This document shows positions 40,201-53,519 of a stretch of 64,000 nt of DNA, piece after piece. The position numbers and the translations under genes are program-made. This DNA comes from Chara braunii. Lineage: Eukaryota; Plantae; Charophyceae. The first letter of the stretch is position 1. Each line of letters opens with the position of its first letter. The stretch is from assembly GCA_003427395.1 (NCBI GenBank), contig BFEA01000039.1:3190844-3254843 (forward strand), given 5' to 3'. A model generated the notes under the pieces. It saw only the letters and a program-made list of their open reading frames with translations. It was not told the origin of the DNA and did no database searches.

Positions 40201-43200
40201 GTTAGCTGGTCGTTCTGAATGGGACCAACAGAGTTCGGTCATTTTGCAACCAGAGTCGGTTTTGCTGGCGCTGCTGCTGTTGCCTTTGTCTCAGTCATTT
40301 GGAAGAGGGCTAAGCTATATCATTTTCCAACTAGAATCAGTTTAGTTGCCTTTGCTTTCAGTTGAACATTCACGACCAGCTCACTGGGAATTGGGAGCTT
40401 AGTTGGGGCAGCAAATATCAGCACCTTCAAATTTCTGGGTCACCTGGGAATCGGGAGCTTGGTCGGGGCAGCAAATATCAGCACCTTCGCATTTGTGGGT
40501 CACCTGGTCAGTCTCCTCTTACGCCGAATAGGCAGTTGGTGTATAGTAATAATATGGTAAGATGGTAGCGGCTGCAGTGTAGTTGCCTCTACCTGAGAGG
40601 ATAGACATGGTTTACTTGCGGCGAACCCAAAGCATGCTGTTCTTGAGTAAGTTACACAATGCGCATATGAACTCTGTCATTTTCTTGAGTGTTAATGGAT
40701 ATGTAATGAACCCGGTCTGACAGATACTCAGAAATCGTCAAATATCAGTAGTCTTGTTATCTGCAACAAAGTCTCCAAATCGTCAAAGAGAGCGGAGGGG
40801 GAGCAGACAGAGGAGAATATGAAAGATCACACAATGACCCCTCTCCTTCTCTGGGCTTCTTCCTTCTCCGCGTCAACAATGATAGTAAATATAATCCTGA
40901 TCACACACAGTAGTGCCACGTGGCACTTTATCTCGTGAAGACCATGAAGACATAGCAGATTCCAGTGACGACGTCAACCTCAGGTGAGTACCCGATCTCC
41001 TTCATCCACAGATCCTGATCTTCCTCCTCCTTGCAACCAGTCACCTCATGTAGACAACGTGGACAATGCCACGTCAGCAATCGAGACAGGTGGCACATGC
41101 CACATCATCAATAGAGACCAGTCGTGTGTGCCACATCAGCAATGTAGACTAGTAGCAGTGCCACATCAGTATGCAATGTAGACCCAAGGTAGTGCCACAT
41201 CAGCATGCAATGTAGACCAGAGGTAGCACCACATCAGCATGCAATGTAGACCAGAGGTAGTGCCACATCAGCATGCAATGTAGACCAGAGGTAGCGCCAC
41301 ATCAGCATGCAATGTAGACCAGAGGTAGTGCCACATCAGCATGCAATGTAGACCAGAGGTAGCGCCACATCAGCATGCAATCCCAGCAAGCCTGGCGCAC
41401 AATGCAGAAAGCGCCAGCATGCTGCCTCCACCTCATGTCGCCGTCCACATCGCCAGTGCACAGCCAGCGTCTAGCCAGCATTGAGCCAGCATAATGCCAG
41501 CTTCTAGTCAAAGTCGAGCCAGCGTCAAAGCAGCATAGCAAGACTAAATGCTCGAGTCACTCGAGGCCAGCCTTCAGTAGCAGTTGTCGAGGCTGTCTGG
41601 CCTCGGGTGCTTTTCCCACAGTCGTCCAGATTGACTCACAGCTGAGGGCCTGGATTGTACAGTTGCAGACTTCTCCCCTGGACCTGATGCTGTCTGGGTA
41701 CCTGCATACAAACAAGTGTGTGTGCTTGACCAGTGGCCTGGGCTAGGTACCTTTGGTCTTTGACTGTTGGGGTCACGACAGTTGAGCAAGTCAACTGTCA
41801 CACGTCCCGGCCCTGAGTCCTCGTGTGGGGTCCTTTCTGCCCCGTTTCGGCCTGGGCTGAGGGCGGCCGACCACAAGACATATGGTATGGGTTATTGCAG
41901 ATATCACTCACACCAGTGGTCCAATGGCAATTACTTGCTGCTGCTTGTGTGTTTTTTTTTTTTCTGGCTTGCGTTTCTAATAGTCGAGTGGGAAGATCAA
42001 GCGTGCAGCGCAGAGGAGGGGCAGACCATACATGCAAGCGCATGCCGTGCGGGCAATTCCGCACGTGCGGCAGACGAGCAACACTTTTCCGGCGCATGGG
42101 GGACGTAGCCACCCAGGAAAAAAAAAAAGGATGGCAGGCCTGGATCAGTGTCCACCTCGGAATTTTGTTGTAGGATGAAAAATAAAATGAAAAAATGGAA
42201 GAGCAATTTCAAGTTTCAACACTTAAACAGTTAAGACTGATGCCTCAAAGACCTATTTGAGGCTGTTTATGATGCCCAATGAGACAAAAACAAGGATTTG
42301 TACGACTGTACTTGAACGGGGTCTGTTCCTTGGGTGGTAGTACATTCATCTGTATCTACGAAAACAGCAAAAAAATAAAAAAGAAAACAGAGTCAACAGA
42401 CAGTATTTCTGGTGCGGTGCATGGGCAGGTTTCGTGCTTCGTGCGGTGCACAGCATTGTACGACCGTGCGGCTTGTGCGGTTTCGAGTACGGGGAAGACA
42501 TTTGTTATGCTTGCTTACCCATGACACTGGCGATGCGTTTGCAGGGTTCTGGCCTCTACTAGAGAGCACGCACAAGAGTGGATTCATGACAATCGCTTGC
42601 GCGTCTAATGGTGGTGTGAAGGGCAAGAAGAAGGCCACTGGGCTCTTGAATACATGTGCATATGCTGTGCTGGAGGTAAGTGCAGCGTCACTGCTCACTT
42701 GTTTTTCCCTCAGGCTGTCCGTTCCAAAACAGTTACATCTGATCTCCTTGTGCTAGTGAACGCATGAACTTCTTGTATTATCAGGACTGTATCATGAACA
42801 TGCAGGGATGTACTTCTGCTCTGTTCGTACAAATATCTGGGTGGGGACTTTTTGGCAACCTCGTCTGGCAGGATGCCAGAAAAGCTTTTTTGATGCCGTG
42901 CACATGGTATTGGTCTTTCAGTCTCTCTTTTTATTAGGGTTACTACAGTGGGATTTCAAACTCGCGTACTCTATTTTCTAGTTTTTTTATTACGTCAAGG
43001 TGTACCTTTGTCAGTAGCACCTTTTTTAGTACTTTTAAAGACTTGAACTAATTTCTTGCTGTTTTTGCGAAGTCTAGGAATACGTTTGATTGATTGAGAA
43101 ATGATGCCATGAAATTACGGCAAGCAGTGTCTCATTACTCTTGAATGGTGTGGATGCATGTTGTTGTTGGCTCGATGAGCAGTTTTTGCGAAGTCGAATA

Positions 43201-46200
43201 CGTTTGATAGATTGAGAAATGATGCCGTAATTTAAAGCAGTGTCTCATTACTCTTGAATGGTGTGGATGCATGTTGTTGTTGGCTCGATGAGCAGGTGAA
43301 GGAGTTGTATGGTCACCGATTGGTCCATGTGCGGAATACATGGGGGAAGTTCAAGTGGACAGGAGCCTGGTCAAACAGTAGCAGCGAGTGGCGAAGGCAC
43401 CCACAAGTTATGGAAGAACTGCAGCCAATGTTAGATGGGTCTGATGGGAGTTTTTGGATTGGCTATAGTGATTTCCTGAAGGTATGCTAGAATTTTCGTT
43501 TTTGAAGTTTTATCCCGTATTTGGAAAAACTGAAACTGTTTTGAATCTTTTGAATCTTTTGATACATGTAGCTTCGAACTAGCGTGTCATTTTATAACTG
43601 TTCCTTTCATCTCTTGAGCAGCACGGACAGCTTTTGGTCAAGAAGTCTCACAAAAGTAATTTTGATTTACTGCTACAAGTCACGATGTGTGTCAGGCAGG
43701 AGTAGACCACCCAATTTACTGTCTTTGCTGTGCTGGTTATTCTGATTCCAAGGTGTTTTCTTGTGTGGCAGAAATTTGCGGGTGTTGCGATCTGCTACCT
43801 ACAGAGGGATGGGAAAAAGCCATGGAAAGTTCTGCAGATGGGGTGCTCGTTTGTTGCGGATGACTGGTCTGCTGCTGGCAATGATACTCAGCCAACGCGT
43901 GTCTTCAGACTGAAGGTGCAAGAGCGAACGCATCTGTTTGCAGGACTACATCAGGAGAGCCCGAGAATGTAAGTGTTGCAACGAGCTCGGTTTACTCCCA
44001 AACAGATGTCACCAAAGTTTTAAATGAGGAAAAGAAAAGCAGACTGGTCCTTCGGGTCCTGGCTCCTTTCCCAACCGAATACTTTTCCCGATTTTTTATT
44101 TTTTTTTAATACAGAAAACAAGCCAATTTATTACTAATATTGTAATACACAAGCAAGGGGCCGGCCACCCCACATAAAGACCGGGTCTGGGACCATTACC
44201 CAGCATTATGCTTTTGACAGGACCCTGCAGGCTCTGGGAGAATACCATGCCAAGCCTGTCACCATTAACCATCCAATTTGTTTTTCTGTCGAGTCTCCCA
44301 CCAACTCAGCCTACATCGCGTGGCCTCTTTGCTGCGCCCTCTTCTGCCTCAGCGATGCAGTTGTCTGGCTGTTCCTCTGCCGACGGTCATCCCCATGCCA
44401 CATGGCACTTCCCCCAGGAGACCCTGCGGGGGGGGGCCGGGGGGGGGTTGAAGGCCCACCGTGGTCAGGCGGTGTCTTCCTCGGTCACATGGCCGATTCC
44501 GAGTCCTGCCATCCATGCCCCGTCAGGAGGGGCCCTACTCCAGGACTGCAAGGTCCGTGTCCCCCATGCCACATGGCACTTCCCCCAGGAGACCCTGCGG
44601 GGGGGGGGCGGGGGGGGGTTGCAGGCCCACCGTGGTCAGGCGGTGTCTTCCTCGGTCACATGGCCGATTCCGAGTCCTGCCATCCATGCCCCGTCAGGAG
44701 AGGCCCTACTCCGGAACCGCAAGGTCCGTGTCCCGTGCCTGCTGCCCACCCTGACAACCCAACCGTCGGAGGCAGAGCTTGTTCCCCACCAATCTACCTA
44801 TCCTTTCCCTCCACCAACAACTAGACGGAAAATTCCTTCCGAGTCTGCTATGATTTGTCTGGGTGTCGTTGCCTCGCACTGCACCACAGTCTAATACTCT
44901 GCTTCGAGTGAGGCTAATGGCTGGTCCCATGCTTGTTGCGCTAAGGGCTATGGTGCTGTACTGCGCTTGGTGAGTACAGCCCAATCCGCTGATTTTTATT
45001 AGTTTTCTTTTTCCCGTCGGTGAAGCGATCGTCACTGGCAGGTCTGGCGGATGTTAGGATTTGTCTCCACTTGGGAGGGAGACTGTCTGCAACCAGCTGG
45101 AAGTTCCCCCTGGATTATTGAAGCCTTTTATCTTTTTCTGAATTTCTATTGGTTTGCGCCCACCTCCCAAAAGGTGACCTAAATGCCAAAACCCCTTTCT
45201 CGACCCAATGTCCCCATATGGCATCTTCCTTGGTTAGAGAGGATGGTTTGTCCTTCTCGTTGACAACCCATTTGTTGCCAAGGACAGTGTGTTTTAGAAT
45301 TCATGATTTCCATACTTCCGTTGTGGTCTGTGACGGACCTTCGGGAAAATCCTTCTTCAGCCTTGTATCAGGTTTACCCAAAAGTTGACCTCCCTGTGAG
45401 CAGGGAGAAGATGAGGATCTCATAAGGCCATCGGGGACTGAAGATCCAATCAGAGGTGAAGCGGAGGGGACTAGTTTTGAGCACCAGACCTAGGATCCAT
45501 TTGATCTGCCGCCCTTGTGATTTTTTTTGTTATGGAACTCCACCCTCCATTCTTGATAAACAGCTGTCTTGAGGGGGACCACCAGTCCACAGATAGGCTG
45601 TGATTTTCTTTTTAAGTCCTGTGATGTCTGGCATTTCCTGGGATACCACAGGCTTTTGCAACTTCCCAAGAGATATACTTACTGAGGACTCGTTCACACC
45701 ATAGGTTTTGCTAGGACTTCTCAACCCTGGGGCTGTGTGGTATACACATGTATCCTGATGGAATCAGAAGAACACAATGGGGTTAGGGGCTACCCCTCCG
45801 ACAAAGGTTCATCATTCTCCGGACCATGCGAGATGGTCACCTATCTTACGGCTCTCTATTCTGCTTGCTTCGTAGGTTACCCCTCCGACCAAAGGTTCGT
45901 CATTCTCCGGACCGTGCGAGATAGCCACCCACCGTATGGCTCTCTATTGTACTTGCTTTGTAGTTCCCAGTCTTCGAGTGAGTGCGTTGAGTGAGAGGGC
46001 GAAGCAAATAAGAGAAAAAGGTTGTGCGCACATAGGATCACGTATACAGACGATTTATTTTTCTAATTAATTTCACCCGATTACGGAATACATACATATG
46101 CGACCTTTCTGTTGTTGAGTCCAACATGAAAAGAAATGAAAATGGTATGTTGGCCTTTCTGTTGTTGAGTCCAACATGAAAAGAAATGAAAATGGTATGT

Positions 46201-49200
46201 TGGCCTCTGTTGCAATTTGTTTGTAATTCTGCGTGTCATCATGATCTGTGCAAATCAAGACGTCACGTTACTGTGACTGCGCTGCTGTCACTCTGCTGTG
46301 TAGAAACTGGACAAGGGCAATGCTTGCTTGTAGTGAGGTAAGGGAGAACTGTGGCCGGGCGGAGGCTAACTTCTCATATGCTCTGTTGTTCTGTTGATTT
46401 GCTCGTTTGTTGATGTTATCGGTTGTTCACAGGCTTGGAGCACCAGAACCATTCAAGGTTGGAATCTGGGTGATGGATAAACAGAATCGGTATCTGGCAA
46501 CGAAGCAAACGCAGGATGCGACGTGTCAGGTCGATTGCGTGCTCGAGCCCGGTTTGTATCGGGTAATGGTGAAGGCTTTCTCATTCACAGGCAAGGATGG
46601 AGAGCAATGCAAGTTCCCCGATCCGGAGGGTAATGTCCTGCCAAGACGGTTTGTTCTGATGGTTCACTCGGAAAAGCCAGTTGCTGCGAAACTCTTAGCA
46701 GAGGCACCGACTGATATTGTGAAGTCTGTGAAAGAGCGTGACGTGATAATCTCATCACAGCCGGCGGCAGATATCCGCCGATTGCTGAATTCGGAGCCTG
46801 GAAAGCAAGCTGTGCACTCGCTTACTCCTCATAGAGAAGAACCAGTGGCACCGATCATTTACTGTACAGATGTAGCTGCTGCAATTGCCCAGCGAAAGTC
46901 TTTGGCGGAATGTACAGCAGAGCCTCCACAACCAGTTGTGCGAGTAGTCAGGCATCCTCTTGCAGACTCTATCATGGTGGCACCATTCCATGGACCGGTA
47001 TTTGAGATAGGAGAGGAGCCCAAGGAGATGGAGACGGAGGTGCCGATTGTTGAATCGTCTTATCCAGAACCTGTCGCATATGACAAGGTCAGTGAGGAGG
47101 AGACTGCTAATGTAGGAACCAGTGCCACTCCTGGGAAGGTTGTGGAGGTGGAAGGCAAATGTGAGCCTCAGCATGATGTAGCCAAGGAGGTATGCCCGGT
47201 GCTCGAGCCTGTGGAAAGGTCCACGGAGGGCAAACCTGATGTGGAACCACTAGAGCCCGTTGAGAGTCTGGTACAGAGTGAATCTGCTCTGGATAGTATT
47301 GGTCCCGCTCACACTGAGAGTGCTGTGACAAGCGATTCTTTGCTGAATGCTGTTGATGCGGTTTCCGTCGAGACCTCCGAACATCCTGCCGAAGCCGTCA
47401 CGCCAGTCGAGGGTGCAGCATCTGATGAACATCCTGAATATCTTGAGCCCGTCAGCAGTATTGCACGTGAACAGTTAGGTGAAGATGATACAGAAGCTGA
47501 CGCTCGCTCAACAGTAGAAAGTGAGCATGATTCCCCAGTCTCCGAAAGGGAACAGCTTGATATTGTCTGGGGATCAGAACCTGGAACGCCAGTTCGTCCT
47601 CAGACTACTCTGGAAGAGCAAGTGAAGAAATCTGTAACATCTGAGTCTCCCCCACCCGTAAGAGAAGCGGGTGATGGCAGCTTTGTGGAGGTACCGCCAG
47701 AAGAAAAGCGGAGCCCATATGGTACTCCCAAGGCTCAGGAGGTGGCAGAGGTTGTCCCATCTCAGGGGCAAGCATCAGAACCACTACTGCTGGCAGCGGG
47801 AAAACCGAGGGAGGGTGCTGAAGGAGAACAACCTCTGGAGTCCACTGCGTCAGCTGTCGCGGAATCGTCAAACGCACGAGCTGCTCCATCTGAGGCAAAT
47901 GGTTTTGAAGAGGTCGATGTAGAGGAACCAAAGCAGGCAGGTGCCATGGTCACAAACACTTCCATAGAGGGTCAAGAGGAGGAACTTCTCGCAAAATCGC
48001 TAGGGATCGCAGAGGAGAACCTTCCAGATCTGTGGAAGTCTGTGCCGTGGCAGGCGGTGGAGACTATTACACCAGCGAAGGGTCTGGAGGCCTTTGGTAT
48101 GATAGCTGATCCAGAGTACCAACCAAGTCCTGTTCCTCGGCATGGGGCACAGATGGTCCCTGCAGAACGGCTGCTCTCCAACCCAAGTCTGTTCTCTGGC
48201 AAACTTGATCCATCCCACATTAAACAAGGCATGTTGGCTGATCTATGGTTCCTCTCAGCAGTGGCAGCACTTGCGGAATTCCCGGTGTTGCTGCACAATG
48301 TCTTCGTGCAGAATGAGATGTCAGATGATGGTGTGTACAGACTGAGATTCTTCAAAAGTGGAAGGTACGGAGAATGATGAACACAGCCTTCTCCATTGTA
48401 CTCATAATTTACCCTTCGTGTCCTATAGGGGAAAGGCTATAGCATGAAGGTATCCTGCTTAAAGCTTTGATATTTTGCTGCAAACAAGTGAACTTCATCT
48501 CAACTTTTTTGCAACCTCACAAGGATTTGTCTCTGCGCTAGCTAGGTGGAGTGGTTAGAGGCTGAGCGATCTGATTGGTATTGCGTACTCTGTAGTCATG
48601 GGATGGTGAATATTCGATTGTGTGCACTTCCAAGATGGTTATTAGAACGTCATCCGTCATCCCGTGATCCTCAATGTCAGAGGATATGCCTTGGCATGCA
48701 GATGGCCATCGATCGGAACTCGTTCGGAAATTCGGAAATTGCCATTTGGCACAGAATACATGTTGACCTAGGCACCGTTAGGGACATCCGTAAAAATCGG
48801 ATCGATGCAGAGAAGATTAGCATGGCCCAAAAAAGAGATGGGGAAAAAAAAAAAAACACTTCGACCCAGGCTTGTTATGAATTGCTGCACTCGCTCAGGT
48901 TCAGCGATGACATGTTACAGCCATGCTGGACCATTTTTCGGACATGGTGGACATGCTCGAGACATGCTCGAGACATGCTGGACCGGATTTCGGGACTTAG
49001 TTCCAACTGCGTCCATCCATGAACTGCTCGAGACATGCTCGAGACATGGTGGACCGGATTTCGGGACTTAGTTGCAACTGCGTCCAGCCATGAACTAGGT
49101 TTCTGAGTGACAAGTAATGGTCCATTGACCTCAGTTGTACTCTGTGTTGTATGCCTCTCTTTTTGTTCATCTGTTACTCACGTTGGCTGCGAATCTAGGA

Positions 49201-52200
49201 TAATATTAAGACGAGCATTAAGTTTCAACAACGCCGGATCTCTGGGATGAAAATATTGAATCGACAACTTTTGGAACAGATTGACGCAGTGGACTCCGGA
49301 GGTTGTTCTCCTTCAGCACCCTCCCTTTGAAGCAACAGAGTTTTCCTTAGCTGGCAAAGATAATTCGAAGAAAATAACTTTTGTTCGGGTTCGGAACCAG
49401 AGTTCGTCGAAATTTTCTTCGAATTATCTTTGCCAGCTAAGGAAAACTCTGTTCTTCGATAATAGTTGATATTGCAATGAAAATGAAAACTGCTAACAGA
49501 GTTTTCCTTAGCTGGCAAAGAGAATTCGAAGAAAATTTTGGATTCCTTTTGTTCGGAACCAGAGTCGGTAATACATTTTACAACTTTTACTGAAACTCCC
49601 ATATTTACCATCTCTGTGAAATTGTGTGAATGGCTCTCATACGTGTGTACTATGTAGTCATTCAAAACAAGTGTGGTCTTTCAGGGGGTGCGAAATTGTG
49701 AATGCCTTTTTTTTTTTTTTTTTTTTTTTCCAACAGTATCAGTGCCATTTCATGTTTGTTTAACTCTGCTCTTTTTGGCACTGTTGCTTGTGTTTGTCAT
49801 GACGTCTCTTCGATGCTCAGGTTGGTCCAGATAGCAGTCGACACGAAGGTTCCTGCCAAGGATTTCCGGCCGGTTTATGGTAAGTATGCCCAGGTCCGGG
49901 AGCAGCTGAATCCCGAAACTCTCTCTATCTATTATTTCTGTTTCCGTTTTGTGGTTGCTAATTTTAGGTTCCTTCCTCAATCTTCCTTCTTTTTTTTTAA
50001 TCCCTTTTAAGACGGCAAGCCTGGCTCAATTGGTACACCCGTGAACTGGACTGCTGTAACACAGACCTGATTCGAACTCCCATAGAATTTCGATCAGTAG
50101 AAATTAACGCTGAATTTACATGAGGACGGACAGTTCAAAGATGATCTCTTGAGGACATTGCCCCCTTATTTAAAATAAGGGAAGTGAGGGGAAGGAAGAG
50201 ACGAAGAAGGAAGCTACGCTACCAACCTGGAAAAGAATGATGGTGTTAACTTGTGAACAAAAAAAAAAGAACTGGACAACTCCACCTCCGGGACAAAGTG
50301 GAAGTCTTTGCCAAATTTAAAATATGAAATTGATTTTTTTTTTAATTCAGTTTTGGAACGGCCGGGCAATTGCTCCTGGGCCACTCCGGTAATGTAGGAA
50401 GGAAGAGAAAAAAAAAAAAGAAAAAAAAAAAGAAAGAAAAAGAGTGCCAGCCTCAAGAATTCATTGTGGAAGGTGCCGCTTGGTCTGTTTATGGTTAGTA
50501 TATGCCGATGTGTGGGAGCAGCTGAATCCCCGGAACTCTCTTCTCTATTTATTCTTTTTTTTTCCCCCTTCTGCAGTCGCTTTACGTCTCTTTCTCACAG
50601 CCACGTCTTGTTGCTGTTTTGCTGTTTTAGATCGTCAGCTGATGGAAGATAAATTGTTTTTCGTTTTTCAATTCTTTTGGTGTTTATGCAGCTTACTCGT
50701 CAGCAAACGAACTCTGGGTGATGTTGATGGAGAAGGCTTATGCTAAGCTGCATGGATCATATGAAGCTCTTATTGGAGGATCTCCCAGTGATGTGCTGCA
50801 AGACCTTACAGGAGCCCCGTGCATAACATATGCCTTCACGAGCACAAAATTCCAACGATTTGAGTCAACAGGAGGTTAGTTACATTCACTATCATCCGGA
50901 AACACTTTCCTCCGGTGGCATATTTGAAGACTAGGAGCCTGGCTTCACACTCGCCCTGACCGCTAGTAACCTTTGCGTTCACACTCGCCCAGACCCCGAG
51001 GGACTCGTGCCTCCATGCTTGCCCTGCCCACTGATCTGGTCATAACTTTGTCATGTGCTCGCTGATGACCTGACCTCCATTGAGTCCATTCATTTCACAC
51101 AGGAAAAAATACCAAAAGCACAGATGCTAAATAGGATGGCGCAGCATGAACTGAACTCCATGTATGGGAGGAGGGGCATGGGAATGTAGTCATTGCACAG
51201 ATTGCCCAGCAGCAACCCTAACCAGCCTTACCAAGTCAACAGCCAAGATAAGAGATGTATATGAAAAGATGCAAGGCGCAACTCCGTCTCCTGACGTCAT
51301 CTTTCATTTTCGGATGATTTTCCCCATTTTTTTTATGTCTGTGTAATGGACATCTTCTGTTTTGGCCCATGCTTGCTTCTTTTGCGACTCTACCTTCGAC
51401 TCTCTCTGGAGTAGTCTTCCATCTTAGGTAAGTTGACTTCTGCCCTCCATCCCCTTATGGGGTTTGAAATATATATGATGTCGATTAGGAATTCCTTGCA
51501 AGTTTTTCACTCCTCGAATACAATGGTATTTTTTACCAGCAGGCAAATCTTTGACTCTACCTACCTCCTCGAACCATAACAATAGAGTGCTCTTGTAAAT
51601 TATGGCCTTCTCCTGGAATGTATGCAATAATATACATATGTATAAGTGCAAGTGTGCCACTTTGGCGGCAGACGGGTGTGTGGGCATTCGGCGCTGAACC
51701 ACACAAACGTGGCCAACCCTTTTTTTTTTTTTTTTTTTTTCCTATTATATGGCTTATCTATACTTTTTCGTTAAGGGATGGCTTGTGATGATTTGTGAAG
51801 GGAATGAAAGAGAGAATCTGGGGTCTTTTAAAACAACGGACAGGTTGGTTTAGTATTCAAAATTACAAGAAAGAGTATATGATAGCTATAACACCATCCA
51901 AGCAAATTAGTAAAGATTGGAAAGTCTTGCCACACACTGAAGCTCCGTTCTCTGGCCTCGTCGTGATTGTTAATTAGCATGAAGCTCTTTGTCGTCTGTC
52001 CCTCAGCATGAAGCTCTTTGTCATCTGTCCCTCTCTCTCACATAGACCTGGGGGAGATCTGGAGGAGAGAATTAGATAGTGGATTGGACATGAAGGTGAG
52101 AGGTATGACCTTGCTGTATTTGGAGTCGATGTTCCTACAGTATTAGAAGATTGTGGTATGTAAAACCATGAGACTTGAAGTCCGACGGTCCAATATTAGA

Positions 52201-53473
52201 TTAAAGCCCCTAGGCGGGACTCTTATCTCTATGTCGGTAGAATGAAATCTGCGCAAGTGTGGAAGCAGTGTTCCTGCCACTGGGTGGGATTGTTATTCTA
52301 AGTATTGATATTGATCTATGTGGCCCTACTTCCCCTTCCATTGTTTGTTTGGGTTCCGCTATTGAATGCAGGATTCTGGACTTTGTTGAAGGGATATTGC
52401 GACAGGGGTTTCATTTTGACAGCATGTGCTGCCGGGGCAGATGAGTGTGAGGAGAATGGAGTGAAGAGGGAGGGAGCCCTAGTGAATTCACATGCATTTG
52501 CCGTCACATCGGTGAGTCCGTTTTTCAGAACAACGTGCTTGTTCTCCTTTTTTTTTCTCACTTTTCTTCCAAAGACATTAGGTACCCCTTAATCTGATTG
52601 TATCCGTCTGAATTTGGGCTCGTTGTCAGTTATACAATAGTAACCATTCAGCGAAAGGGCCGGTACAGGGACCAGTGTACATTTCCTTTTCAAATTCCTT
52701 TCTAGACGGCTTTGAGATATTATCATTGAACTGGCGGGCCCCAGGTAAGCCACAACTATTATATTCTGTTCTTCTGATTCTGATTGCATCTGGATTCGAA
52801 CTTGGGTCCGTGTTTCAACAGCTGACGGGTGTACGAACTGAGCTAGGCCCTTCGGTAAGACAAATGTAGTGTGTAGTATGAACCTTATTCGGGACAAAAA
52901 ATTAAAAACACAATTTGCCTTTTATTGTGAGAGAGCGTCAGCACAATGAAGCTGAATGCAACCACTTCTTTCCTTAGTTTTCAACTTCTTTGTAACTTTT
53001 TAGTATTTACCAATTGTTCTTCCGGTTCTCCTCGCTCTGTCGCAAGTGGATGTTGCATTTTAAAACTTCTGTGTGTGTTTGCTTCGTTTGCACAGAACGT
53101 CATCTGCAAAGCAGATGGTGTCACAATCTCAGGTTCGCTGTGTAAGGGTTCTGGTCCTGGCCGTTTCTGTTGGAACAGGCCCAAGTGATAAAGTGATGCT
53201 GCCACTTTTCAGTGTTTAGATTAACCCCTCCCAAACTGAACAGACAAACTGAAAAACCCACCCAGACTCCCAGAGTGAGTTTTGTAAGAGAATGGTTTTG
53301 CTGCAGTTTTTGCCTGGCAGTGTGCTGTGTGTGAACTCGGGCTTTTTTTGGTTCGGAACTTTGGGTCATATGTAGTTTCGGTTTCGTTATGGACCTAGCA
53401 GAAGACTTTTGAAAGTAGGGGCTCTTTTGCAGCGGTAATGTCAGTCTGATTTGGTGGAGGGAAAAAGAGACAC

Positions 53474-53519
<46 letters not shown>

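Noticed and set aside
41150-41381. CRISPR-like array of 34-bp repeats
   Set aside because: The units are head to tail with no unique spacers, there are no cas genes, and the context is a eukaryotic intron. It is a minisatellite.
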